Shown in pieces: positions 1 through 11,515 of a stretch of 64,000 nucleotides of DNA. The notes beneath the pieces are model-generated. The model had not been told where the DNA came from. It was given only the letters and a program-made list of their open reading frames with translations, and did no database searches. The stretch is taken from positions 3,038,001-3,102,000 of the forward strand of contig CM106585.1 of assembly GCA_048013815.1 (NCBI GenBank), read 5' to 3'. Positions within the stretch are counted from its first letter, which is position 1. Each line of letters opens with the position of its first letter. The DNA is from Setoptus koraiensis. Lineage: Eukaryota > Animalia > Arthropoda. A program made the translations under genes and the position numbers.

Positions 1-1789
1 ACTCACCTCAACGTAATTCTTTTACTTAAGCGAAGAATTTTACTTTTGAACAACTGTGTGTGTCAGTGAATGCGAGTAGAAAGAGCAAGAAAGAGAGAGA
101 GAAAGAAAAAAATATGTTAGCTAGAGTCTCTTCTTTTTTCCATTGCTTCTTCTTCTGCTTCTTCTTCATTCGAATGCTGACGTCGTGGCCATGGCCATTT
201 ATGATTGTGAAGCTACACAACAGGTGAGTTCTCTCTGTGAATCATTGCTGCTGTTGATGTTGCCAAGTGGCTAAACAACAACTGTTGAATGAGAGAGAGA
301 GAAAGAGAGACTCTGCCTCTGGTCTAATTCAGCCTGAGCTCACTGTTATTGTTACTGTGTTACGTAAGACTCGGCTCTCGCTAACCGGCTTTGGGCTGGG
401 CTTAGAATTTATTTATTCTATCGCGTTATTTCGTTGGCTCTTTTTGTAGGCTTCGAGAGAACGTTGAATTGAGAACATTAGACTCAAATAATCTAAGTCC
501 ATGTGATGTTGCCTCTTCATTCGTTTATCGTGAGTGAGTGTTGAATGCATCTGTCCATAGATGATGCAACCGACCATGCCAGTTACCCATTTTAGTACTT
601 ATAATGACTCGCTCATCAACAACCAACAGAACCAAACTAACCTTACTCATGTGTATGGACTCAGCGACAGCAATAGCAGTATCTATCTGTGATGTCTAGG
701 TTACTAGCAGTAGTAGTAAGTTAGTATTAGCTGGTGGTAGTATTAGTGGTTATGTATTGAGATGAGATGAGAGGGAGAGAGAGAGAGCAAAACCTAAAAG
801 CGAAGAGAGTCTTCGAAAACTAACTTGCTGTTGTTTGCTGTTTTAAATGACTTACTGACTAACGTTAGATTGGCTAACATAACATTAGGTTGGGATTAAT
901 TACAGAGAAATCGTTGAGCTCGCACTATTGAGATGATTGTGTGATGACTAGAATGATGATGCAATTTGCTACTAGAATTAATAATTGGATTTATTTAAGC
1001 ATTGTTTTAATGTAGACTTACAACTTTAATATAAAAGTAGTTGATTGTTGTAGCACCCTAGACTTATTAGAAATCGGATACTATTAGTAGTAATAGTCAG
1101 CTGAATGATTAACTAACTAATGTTTAGCTTTTGTGGATAATCTAATCCTAGCTCGCAGTCATACTTTTGCTCTCAAAAGAACATTGCAGCTTACACAATT
1201 CTTTTCTGATGAATTGCATTAAAATATGATCGTGGGCCATGTTTTACTGTTTTTTGTTCTTCAACAACACCTGGGCATATTTATTTTGGCTTTCACTGTC
1301 ATTCCGATATTCATATTGATCAACACATTTTTTTATGTAGGGCTAGGAGGGCGCTTCTCTATCACTCGCTATAGCTACTGTTCGTAGACTTGTATTTGAG
1401 GCAAATAATTCGCAGACTGGCAATCTGGAAGACAAATTTGTTGAAGATTGAATGACTTAATTGAGGAAAATGAGGTAGCTGTTGGGAACAGGAAAAAAGA
1501 AAAAGCGCTTTTATTACGGGGACCACATATTCAAGGAAACTCGTATCGCCATATTTGGCAAATCTGAATTTAGGGGTCGAAGAATCTGGATCTGAAAGAG
1601 AGGAGACCCACATAGATACTAATCAAAAAGTTAAATGTTTTGAAATGCACAGAAATAATTATTACATCTGGACCAGGAGAAACTGTTCTGGTTCCTGATG
1701 ATGTTGATGTTCGGGCTCCAGATCATTTTTAAACAACTTCAAACAATCGGTCATCTCAGAGCGAATGGTGAAATTGCAGTGGCAATCAA

Positions 1790-2076
1790 CCAATTACTAT
1801 TAGAATTTTATATAAGAACTCTTTATAATAATCAGTTGTAATTATATGTATATACATATGCCGTTGATTCCGTCAAACAATCCTCGATTGCCTTACTACC
1901 ATTGATAGTATGGCCCCAAACAATGAGACAGAAAAACGGCCTTCATATCTGACTACTGGAGGTTGCTTAAACTTCAATCAAACTACTCTTGCGACATTAG
2001 GAAATATATCATTGTACCTCACTGGTACAATCCCTGATGCAAAACAAAGAAAGGCGAACAAAATCAATCTGATAGT
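1790..2076 (+). repeat. ~285 bp segment, inverted near-copy of 4983-5269
   Basis: tactattagaattttatataagaactctttataataatcag...aaaatcaatctgatagt matches the reverse complement of 4983-5269 with scattered substitutions; both copies encode MAPNNETEKRPSYLTTGGCLNF in the ORF track. Confidence 0.9.
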
Positions 2077-2208
2077 GGCAAACGGGACTTCAAAATTGAT
2101 AGATTTTGGAGGCCTATTCCACTTTTTCTTTGTTTCTGTCAATAAGAGCTCGATTTCGGCGCTGAGCTGTGTTTCCTTCATTCCAGCCATCCTTTTAATC
2201 TTCCAAAC
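2077..2208 (-). pseudogene. AP2M1: Fragment of AP-2 complex subunit mu (C-terminal region)
   Basis: Translates to [44 protein letters not shown], matching the AP-2 mu motif [38 protein letters not shown]; similarity stops at both ends. Confidence 0.85.
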
Positions 2209-2522
2209 TGGATGCTAAGGCAAAGGTTATCCCCGCCAGATTGTTCCTGATAAACTTCAATTGTGTCGTCATTTTCCATTTCCATGAGTTTTGGTGTATC
2301 TGAGTCGTTAATTCTTTTACCGTCAAACAAAAATCTCAAAGACGATATAGGTACACCGACTCGATCTGAATAGCTTTTCTTAAGCTTGCTCATTGCGGTG
2401 GTCATCTTAACACGAAAATGTATCTCTGAAGAATCTTGTCCTACCACTTTCAATTTGATATATTCGGAAGAATTGTCACCTCCTTCTGCATTTGACTTAT
2501 TTTCCTCTACGCCGCTATCCAT
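2178..2522 (-). CDS. SUMO: Small ubiquitin-like modifier (SUMO), intronless, with 17-aa C-terminal extension
   Basis: [64 protein letters not shown]; di-glycine followed by [17 protein letters not shown]. Confidence 0.92.
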   Translation of the reverse strand: MDSGVEENKSNAEGGDNSSEYIKLKVVGQDSSEIHFRVKMTTAMSKLKKSYSDRVGVPISSLRFLFDGKRINDSDTPKLMEMENDDTIEVYQEQSGGDNLCLSIQFGRLKGWLE

Positions 2523-3625
2523 GCTTCAATGTATGTATGTATTGTGTCGTTTGTGTCGTCCTAGATTGCTTACCAAACGATTATTTGTGAACCACCTCGT
2601 GACAAATTGGAAATAAATCCGATTGCTGTAGTACATGTATTGCCTAACGTCCGATTTTTACAAAAAGTGTGTGTCAAGTTTGTTATCTGTCTTCGAGTCG
2701 GATTGCACATTTTATCGCTAGATTATTGCAAGCGCCATATTCAAATGTTTGTTTTCGTCTAATGATTTGGGGAGACGGGATTCTCCCAGTCGCAATCGGG
2801 AGTTGAGATTTGCTGTTCTGCTTGACGCATTCAAACAAGTAAACCTGAAAATGTACCTGATATGTATGAGATTTTAATTTTATAAGAGAACATAATCAAC
2901 TCAGTCACTCAGTGAGCATTCGTGAAAAAGAATATCTCGGAAAAAAGTTTGTCAGAAACAACATCAAGTTCTTCCTGGGAGATTGGGGAGCGGGCCGAAC
3001 AGACTGTCTCTATGGAGTGCCACATAAACAATTGTGCCCACCTAACCCAAGGATCGATGGTTATTGGGGTCCGAACATACGGATACATTATAAATATCAA
3101 TCGGATCACGTGAAATTATCGAGAATTTGTTTTGTGTCACCGGGTAACCTCATTATGCAACATGGAGGGAAGCTCGCAGCTCGCGCTCGTTAGTTGATAA
3201 CAGGGAGTGGAAGGTGGGAGGAGGAGGTGAGTCTCCGCCTCATCCCACGATCACCACGATACTCAGCGAGGGCCGCTTCTTCCCCGTGGCATTGTTGTTG
3301 ACAAGGATAATTCGTGTTTTTCCAATTACTATACGTGCAACTATTACCATCCACATAATATTAAATGAGATGCTGCTACCAAATAGTATTATCATCACCT
3401 GAATCACCGTATTTTATCTATTGCCTTTGTATCTACATAGATACTCAATTCAATTAATTATTAAAATCTTGTCATGACGGACACCGTTGAATGGATCAAA
3501 TAATCACGGATCAAATGTGAGAGACATCCTTGTCACTGTTATCATCCTAGGCGGTTAACAATCTAACATACAACACAAAAGGCTTGTTATAGGCGCGAGG
3601 AAAGATAAATGATTTTGTAACGCAA

Positions 3626-4933
3626 ATGCTTACCCGAGCTGCCATCGAGCTACGATCGCGTTCATTGCTGTCAGCTTTGCTCAATAGTAATGGAAATACT
3701 ATCACACAAAAGATTGTCCTCAAGGCCATATCCGAACATATTATTACGTATCCTCAATCCGCTGAACTATTCAGATATGGCAGGGGAAGCTTGTTAACAT
3801 TGTCTAGATTCTCGGATGATCTAGCCGTGCAGACTGAATCTCGACAAGCGTTATCTCTCTTGGGCTATTCAGAACCACCCAAGACTAAAGGAATCAAAAT
3901 TCTCTCTATCGATGGCGGTGGCACTAAAGGTCTTGTCTGCATAGAATTATTACGTTGCATAGAAAAACTGACTAATAAGCGCATACATGAATTGTTTGAT
4001 TTGATATGTGGAGTTAGTAGTGGTGCAATCATCACTATGGCTGTCGGATCCGGCAGGATGACACTGGATAAATGCGAGCAATTATATCGCGATCTTAGCC
4101 AAACTTTATTTGTCGCTGACATGTGGAGAGCTGCGCCCAGACTAATTATGAATCATGCCTATTATGATACAGCTGTGTGGGAGTCAATGCTAAAGCAACT
4201 GTTTGGGTCGACAAGTCTCATTTCTTTATCAAAAGACCAAAATATGCCCAAATTGATTGCAGTTGCAGCCATAATGAACACTCCATCGATACAACCCTTC
4301 TTATTTCGTAATTATCAACCGAAAAAATGGTCAGAGAGTAGATTCAAAGGTTGCTGCAAGGCTGAAGTTTGGCAAGCCGTCAGGGCCTCATCAGCAGCTC
4401 CTGGTTTTTTCGAAGAGTTCAAGTTCAATGATTTTATATTACAAGACGGCGGTGTTCTCGTCAATAACTCTACCGGCATAGCTCTTAGTGAGGCGAATAG
4501 CGTATGGTCTGATGAACCAATTCAATGTATTGTATCTATCGGAAGCGGAAGATTCATTCCTATGAATAAGCCAATAGTCACTAGTGGAACATCTGCCATA
4601 GAGAAACTATCACGTCTTGTTGAGTCAGCTACAGATACCGAGATGATACATATAATTCTACATGATTTACTACCAAACGGTGGCTACTATCGGCTCAATC
4701 CTACATTGAGTGAATACTTAACTATTAGTGAGAACAGAAAGGTAAAGTTAGACAAGATGAAACTAGACACAGTGATGTACATTAGAAAGAACGAGGTTAA
4801 ACTCCGTAATTTATCAGAGAGCTTGCAACATGAAAGACCGTTTCATAGACGATGCCTAGATTGGTTGAAAGCCCAAATTTCTATGTTTCAAGGTAGGAAA
4901 ATCTTCATAAAACGTGCCATATCATCTCTTTGA
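3626..4933 (+). CDS. PNPLA8: Calcium-independent phospholipase A2-gamma-like patatin phospholipase, intronless, 435 aa
   Basis: ILSIDGGGTKG glycine loop, GVSSG nucleophile motif, RASSAAPGFF, QDGGVLVNN (DGG), CIVSIGSG, YYRLNP; upstream RQALSLLGYSEPP region typical of PNPLA8. Confidence 0.88.
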   Translation: MLTRAAIELRSRSLLSALLNSNGNTITQKIVLKAISEHIITYPQSAELFRYGRGSLLTLSRFSDDLAVQTESRQALSLLGYSEPPKTKGIKILSIDGGGTKGLVCIELLRCIEKLTNKRIHELFDLICGVSSGAIITMAVGSGRMTLDKCEQLYRDLSQTLFVADMWRAAPRLIMNHAYYDTAVWESMLKQLFGSTSLISLSKDQNMPKLIAVAAIMNTPSIQPFLFRNYQPKKWSESRFKGCCKAEVWQAVRASSAAPGFFEEFKFNDFILQDGGVLVNNSTGIALSEANSVWSDEPIQCIVSIGSGRFIPMNKPIVTSGTSAIEKLSRLVESATDTEMIHIILHDLLPNGGYYRLNPTLSEYLTISENRKVKLDKMKLDTVMYIRKNEVKLRNLSESLQHERPFHRRCLDWLKAQISMFQGRKIFIKRAISSL

Positions 4934-4982
4934 ATTGTAAATTCTCCTTCCGAAATAAAGATTCACTACTTGACTACAACGA

Positions 4983-5269
4983 ACTATAAGATTGATTTTG
5001 TTTGCCTCTCCTTGTTTTGTATCAGGGATTGTGCCATTGAGGTACAATGATATATTTTCTAGTGTCGCACGTGTAGTTTGACTGAAGTTTAAGCAACCTC
5101 CAGTGGTCAAATATGAAGGCCGTTTTTCTGTCTCATTGTTTGGGGCCATACTATCAATAGTAGTACGGCAATCGAGGATTGTTTGACGGAATCAACGGCG
5201 TATGTATATACATATAATTACAACTGATTATTATAAAGAGTTCTTATATAAAATTCTAATAGTATTTGG
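4983..5269 (-). repeat. Inverted partner of 1790-2076, immediately 3' of PNPLA8
   Basis: Direct sequence comparison. Confidence 0.9.
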
Positions 5270-5658
5270 TCGAATTACCCGAAGGTTTTTGCTATTTTCA
5301 CTCCGTTTTCGAGTGGTACTTTTAAAGGATGTGTTCCATTTTCGATGATTTTTTTCGACTATTCCAGAGGGGCATGGGAGTATCATGGTTGGATAGGTCT
5401 CCACCAGGTGAACCGACACGCCCCCCTCAACTTCCGTTTACACGCCCCTTTTTCTTTTTATCACGGTTTTTCGCAGATTTTTTCATTTTAACGCGATTTT
5501 CGCCCATAAAACCTTTGCGTGCGCCAACGAGACCGGTCTATATCGAAAGAGGAACTCTTCCTCTACAAGATGAAGAAAAAAAAATAAAAAAAATCATGCG
5601 CGCGACCCTCATTTTCGACAAAAACGAAGCATAATTGGGTATTTATTTTGTATCGACT

Positions 5659-8600
5659 TTACAGATTTTCGGGAAAATCGTCAAAAAACATCGCATCGTC
5701 GAATAGCCCTTCTTCTACCTGCAAGTTATCATCTAGGGCGTCTTCATCCTCCGGCACTCCCTCGTGCTGACTGTCTAAGTCGATGTCTTTGGCGTCGAGC
5801 AGATAGCCCCTGTAATCTTTATGGGCAGTTGCTGCATTAATGTCTGCCAAATATATCAAGACACACGCAACGTGGGCACAAGTACCAGCAGTCCTGGCAC
5901 CTGACTCACATGTGCAATAATAGGTAATGTCCTCTATAAAATAATGAATAATGAATTAGATGGAAAAACTCTCAATAGATCTAGATTTGAGCACTCTACC
6001 CTGATTACTTACTTTCATCACCGTACTGGATGTAAGTTTTGTGATTTTTAGCACTGCGATGCGAGGACCCAAGTTTGCATTGGATAACTCTGTAGGGACC
6101 ATCACATATCTTGAAAGAAGGTCTCCTTTCTCGGAAGGAATCTCTGATGTACGACTCAGCTAGCTTGATTTGGTACCTTCCAAGTGTGTGTGAATAGACA
6201 TCATGCAATGTTAATCTAGGAAAATTAATGCTAGTACCCAATGTCTCTCCTGAAGGAACTGGTCCAACTTCCTTGAATTTCAATGTCGATATCTTTCCTT
6301 TCAACTGTTGACTGAATGTTGATGACGCTCGATCAAGCACGGCTGTGGTAGTGAAGTCGTCATCAACATTCTCCTTTACCGGACCTTTAAAGCAATTTAT
6401 CAGTGCGCATTCTATATCTAAATCGTTTTTGAGGGTCGGTATGTTGGTGTTGGTCACCACATTGCGGAAAAGCTTGAATTTTTTTAGCGCTTAATTTTAA
6501 TTAAGTAGCTATTGGGGTGGTGATTATGACTACGTTTATTCACGTGACAGAACAAATCAGTGCTTTTCTCCTTCTAGAAAAAATTAGCACAGCGGAGGCG
6601 TTGGTGAGCATTTTGTAGGCTTCATTGTTGTGAATCTATCTAGTTTGTTAGTGCAGAGAAAGCTAGGGGGCGTAGTCATTAGGAAACAATTATACAGTGA
6701 AGGCTGAGACGCTAACTAGTAAAAATTAGCATGCGATAATACTAGCTGTTTACAAATTGAATTTAGCACTGGGGAAGTTAGGAGTGCAAAAACTAGACAG
6801 ATTTAGCACAATGAAACGCTAAAATGTTGACTCTTAAAATCTAGCACACGTAAGGATAGGAGGCGGAGTTTCTAGAAATAAATTATACAGTAGAGGCTGA
6901 GACGCTAACTGGTAAAAATTAGCATGTGATCATACTAGCTGTTTACAAATTGAATTTAGCACTAGGGAAGTTAGGAGTGCAAAAACTAGACGGATTTAGT
7001 ACAATGAAACGCTTAGAAAATGACACGTTTATCAACATGAGTGTTGCGCGAAAGATCGATCAGAAGATATACCAGTTGTTACATATTATTTAAATCACAA
7101 AACAATTTGTTAGTTTACTGACAGCTCCGCACAATTTGAATTTATCATCACCAATCGTACTGAACATCGTCTGAGGTAATGCAGCTGTCAAGCCGGATGA
7201 GAATGGTCTGAAAATATAACCTCTAAATATGAATTCCTTAACCGTAAGTTTATTGTCAAAAATAAAATAGCAGATCGTTATATTTGATGTCCTCGAATCT
7301 GTTATATTTAGATATTCAAGAGTTGATCGTCTTATTTTGAGCAATCCAGAATATTCATCATGGCTGTATGTATGTTATTTATAGCTACATGCATGCATGG
7401 TGCGCGATATAACACATAGTGCGCCATTGCTGATTTTTTGTGTCTCGCAAAATTATTAATTGTGACTAAATTGGGTATCATAAATTAACCAAATTTTGTA
7501 CGCAAGCAGTCAACATGTGTATCTAGCTATATTGAAAATCTGAGACATTTTGATCTATTTTGTCACACTCTATAGCTGCTTTGAACAGACCAAACGACTC
7601 ATTCGCATAGCACACCGCACACAGGTCGCGCGATATAACACATAGTGCGCCATTGCCAGCTTGTTGTGTCTCGCAAATTTGTTCATTGTGGCAATATTGA
7701 CCGCTAGAACTGCACCAATTTCGGCATGCAGGCAGTTGACATGATCATCGAACTATGGTAGAAATTTGAAAAACTTGGATCTAGTCTGTCATATTTTGCG
7801 GACTCGTTGAAAATAGCTCATCAACACGAAGGAAGAGCATACCGCACACAGGTCGCGCGATATAACACATAGTGCGCCATTGCTGATTTTTTGTGTCTCG
7901 CAAAATTATTAATTGTGACTAAATTGGGTATCATAAATTCACCAAATTTTGTACGCAAGCAGTCAACATGTGTATCTAGCTATATTGAAAATCTTCAGGT
8001 AGCTCGTTCATATATGGAAGTAGCGAACAACATAGATTGTGCGTCTTACAGCACATACTGTGCCATTGCCTATCGGTGTATCTATCTAGATGGTTATCTC
8101 CGACATGTCGTTACATACTCGCTCCTATATTCTTATCATACTTGTCCATCCAAAAAATTAAGCGCTCGAGATACTGACATAATCAGTATCACTTGTAATC
8201 CTCGCATGGACAGCTTCAACTGCCCAGCGAACGGAGGTGACCCTCCTGGACCTATTGGCCTCAGATGTTTTGGCCTGTTTCTCTGCACTAGAGAGAAAGC
8301 AAGGCATCTGCGCGCTGATATCCATGTCATCTAAAAGAGCGAGCGAATCTCGGAACCCTCTGTCTAGAATCAAAACATCATCTGGCTGCAACCATAGTCT
8401 CATGCCACTTCCCACTCTCCTTATCTCGTTATTAAGAATGGACGCGTCGTTGTTCTTTGCCATAAAAGGGCCTAGCATGGCAACTATATACCCGTCTGTT
8501 GTGCAGACGGTGAATGGTTTTACGAGTGGGCGCCCTTTATGCATTGAGTATGTTGCCCTCCTTGTGGCAAAGTGATTCGACTTCTCAATGTAAATATAGG

Positions 8601-9314
8601 TACCGTCAAGGATAAGAATAGTAGCTTGAGGCTTATCAGGGCAGAAAATCCTTCTGGCGTGAGCACGAGTGTGATAGTTCGCTGCATCTTCATGACTGAT
8701 TGCATCGAACCCCAAGTAGTAAGGAACGAAACGATCTGTAAGCAATTTTCGTATCTCTTTGAACTGACGCGAGATAGTGTTGTGCGGCAGGTTGTCGAAA
8801 ATTCCGCTCAGGTCCCTCAAACTCGAACCCAATCTCAATCTCATAAGGAAACGACCAAGATGTGGGAAGACCTTCTCGTTAAGCATAAGTTTCCTGCTGA
8901 GCGCTTCGAAGTCAGCCACCTTTAAACCAGTTAAAGAGTTCATCCTTCTATCCCCCAACTCGCGAAATTTTACGAAGTCAATAGCAGGCTGCTTGCCTTG
9001 ATCGGCAACTGCAAGTAGTAGCCTAGACATATCCAAACTATGAGTCCATGCTCTCCTCGCCACTGGTCCAATCGATCTGTAACTCTCGATCTCAATGTAT
9101 CCATCATCAGGTGATAAATGGCTCAAGCATATTTTGCTGTACGGATAAATGAATATCTTGGTATGAACGAAAAATCTAGCTCGAGCTTTCAACGTAACCG
9201 TATTATTTGAAGCAACATTGCAGACTAAACAATTTGTTGACGAGTCCATGACGCTCTCGAAACTATACTCGACCGTTGCGTTTGAGGGGCCTGGTTCCGG
9301 TGGTCTGAAACTTG
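5659..9314 (-). mobile_element. PIF/Harbinger-type (DDE_Tnp_4-like) transposase with C-terminal SWIM finger, split by a HINE and carrying a 79-nt intron
   Basis: ILDGTYIYIEK, YSMHKGRPLVKP, NDASIL, ILDRGFRD, RWAVEAVHARI. Removing 6485-8196 gives in-frame HARI-KKFKLFRNVV. Intron GTAAGT..TTTTATAG (6012-5934) joins DEK-DITYYCTCESGARTAGTCAHVAC (CxC-xn-CxH). Confidence 0.85.
6485..8196 (+). mobile_element. Helentron-associated non-autonomous element (HINE/DINE-1-like), full length
   Basis: 5' T-AGCGCTTAATTTTAATTAAG (subTIR plus short inverted repeat); 3' AAATTAAGCGCT subTIR, hairpin GATACTGA-cataa-TCAGTATC, then ACTTGT; inserted in a T-run without TSD; clean removal restores the transposase frame. 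Confidence 0.75.
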
Positions 9315-9733
9315 TTGTTGCGAGTAACATGCACAACACACACACGCAGTATCATCAAAACGGATAGGTGGAAACATGTTCAGATATCAAGATATTCACA
9401 TGACATCCGCCATCCTAAATTTCTCTCTGTCTCGGAAACGGCCTATTGATGGCTGATCATACTCGCACAGATTGTTGCGAGTAACATGCACAACATACAC
9501 ACGCAGTATTATCAAAACGGATAGGTGGGAACATGTACAGAAATCGATGACTATACACGACATAATTCATCTGAAATTTCTCTCTGCCGCTATAGATAGC
9601 TCATTAACACATAGAAATAGATCTAGATGATTATCTCCGACATGTTATCACATATTCGCTTCTATATTCCAATCATACTTGTCCATCCAAAAAATTAAGC
9701 GCTCGAAATACTGATTTGATCAGTATTACTTGT
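9315..9733 (+). mobile_element. HINE 3' portion
   Basis: Internal repeats shared with 12640-12870; ends AAATTAAGCGCTCGAAATACTGATTTGATCAGTATTACTTGT. Confidence 0.7.
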
Positions 9734-11257
9734 TTTATTAACGTCTTATTAACATATCTTTACATATTTTAGCCGTGGCTATCGTGCCACTCATAAGTTG
9801 TCACAAGTGCTAATTGGACTAATTCATCCAATTGGCTGCTGTGCGCTAGTTAAGCGATCTGTGTTGATCGCACTTGTGGTGCATTAGATCACACGATCTT
9901 GTAGACTGTCTGTCTACAAGATCTGTCATTTGCTCTCTTAGTTGCGCCTTGCAACTAAGAGAGGATCGATTATTACAACCCCCCGGTTGTAAAATTGGCG
10001 ACCCGACAATTAATCTGTTAAATCACCTGATCATACTATTGGATGGTGAATAAAAAAAAGTGATATTAATGTGGTGTAGTTGTGTCGGCTTGGCGAGCCG
10101 AGGTGAATGTTGTTTGAACGTTGAGGACAATGAATTGTTGTTGTGTGTATGCCACCAGGCTTTTGATTTTGTAAGCTAGTACAAAATCGTCCGTTTCCGG
10201 GCAACCAGGTGTTGTTGCTAGAGCGACGATTTTGTTGATAAGGTTGTCCCTTATCTTCTCCAGCTTAACCTTCTCTGTCGCGTCTTTCGCTCTCTTTCTG
10301 ACAATCCTGTCGATGTCCTTATACCACCTACTAAACAGAGCCTTTTGGTGACTTGGGGTGCCCTTGAGGTCACGAGTCTTTTTGAATTGCCGTTGTTGGT
10401 TGTTCTTTCTTGGCTTGCTCTTCTTATTTTTTGTATTTTTCCGCATAGGCGTAGGTAGGCCGGAAGCGGAAGTGTGCGGTGTGGGTGATCTAGATGTCTG
10501 GGTCAATTAGCAGTCTAGCATCACCTCTATCATAGAACAGTATTCTGAATCGCACGTCGCGCAGCTCTTGTTGGGTGAACTTGTTTACGCGCTTTTTGCA
10601 GCCTTTGAGGTTGTCAATGGGCTCCCAAGTGGCGGCGGATGCTGGGTAGTTTGACCAAAGGACTAGATATTCCAGTCTATTTGTGATGTTGTTGTGTCTT
10701 TTTGCGAGGATTCGTTCGACCTCGAACACGTCAGAGTCCTCGCTATCAACGCTTGTTGTGGATGCCTCGCTGCTGTCCGAGGCGGAAGCGCTGCTTCGAG
10801 ACGTTATGTCGTCGTCGTCGTCGTCGTTATCGTCTTTAGCTGACCACGAGGGCACTTTATCGAGCAGCTCGCTCATCTGTGCTTTGATAGTTTGTGGGCA
10901 GCTGTTGGGTATGAGCTGATGAGCGGGTGGAGCTAAATAGCTTGGTGCCGAGTACTCTGGAGCTGGTTAGCTGGGCGGTGCGGAGTGACTTGGTGCAGAG
11001 TAGTCTGGTGCGGCTGAGTATGGTGTGGAATAGGCTGCTGGTGTAGGATGGTGCCGAGTAGCTTGATGAAGCTGTCTATGTCGGTGCCGATCAAGGTGGA
11101 GCTGCGTAGCTCGATGCTGGGCCGAGTAGCTAGGGCTTGATGCTGTGTAGCTTGTTGCTGGTGCAGGGTAGTTTGGAGCTGGATAGCTTGGTCGTGCAGC
11201 TTGGTGCTGAGGTCGTGTAGCTTGGTACCCAGCAACTAAGAGAGGATCGATTATTAC
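9734..11257 (-). mobile_element. Internally deleted LTR retrotransposon remnant (PPT plus 3' LTR start at 9977; 27-bp LTR start at 11257)
   Basis: gcaactaagagaggatcgattattaca occurs at 9951-9977 and 11231-11257; on the minus strand it reads TGTAATAATCGATCC, and the 9977 copy is preceded by GGGGGGT. Confidence 0.6.
10490..10876 (-). CDS. Chromodomain-containing ORF with acidic/Ser-rich N-terminus (inside the LTR remnant)
   Basis: FEVERILAKRH..RLEYLVLWSNYPASAATWEPIDNLKGCK; aromatic cage residues F, W, Y present; same frame as the Pro/Ser/Tyr-repeat ORF 10967-11275, separated by one TAA. Confidence 0.85.
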   Translation of the reverse strand: MSELLDKVPSWSAKDDNDDDDDDITSRSSASASDSSEASTTSVDSEDSDVFEVERILAKRHNNITNRLEYLVLWSNYPASAATWEPIDNLKGCKKRVNKFTQQELRDVRFRILFYDRGDARLLIDPDI

Positions 11258-11515
11258 ATAAGAACGATCCACCAACTATTGGCGAAGAATGGGGAACGTT
11301 CGAAGAGAATTGTGTAGACGATTGGGATATTAGCGATCGCCGCGAAGACCAGAGTAAACTACGTCCTCGCGAACGAATCACGTACAAGTTCCAACCCGAC
11401 GTCAACGTGCGAATGCTACGCACTCTACACAGAGACAGGTCGGGGAGATTTACGTCAAAGGACGAAACCTGGACACACTCCAGAAAAGCATGTAAAACCA
11501 AGCATAAGAGACGAC

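Noticed and set aside
1340-1790. Coding-like DNA including ORF 1362-1613
   Set aside because: Multiple stops and frameshifts on the more protein-like strand; no family recognised
2880-3410. Short ORFs between SUMO and PNPLA8
   Set aside because: No recognisable motifs; overlapping ORFs on both strands suggest chance
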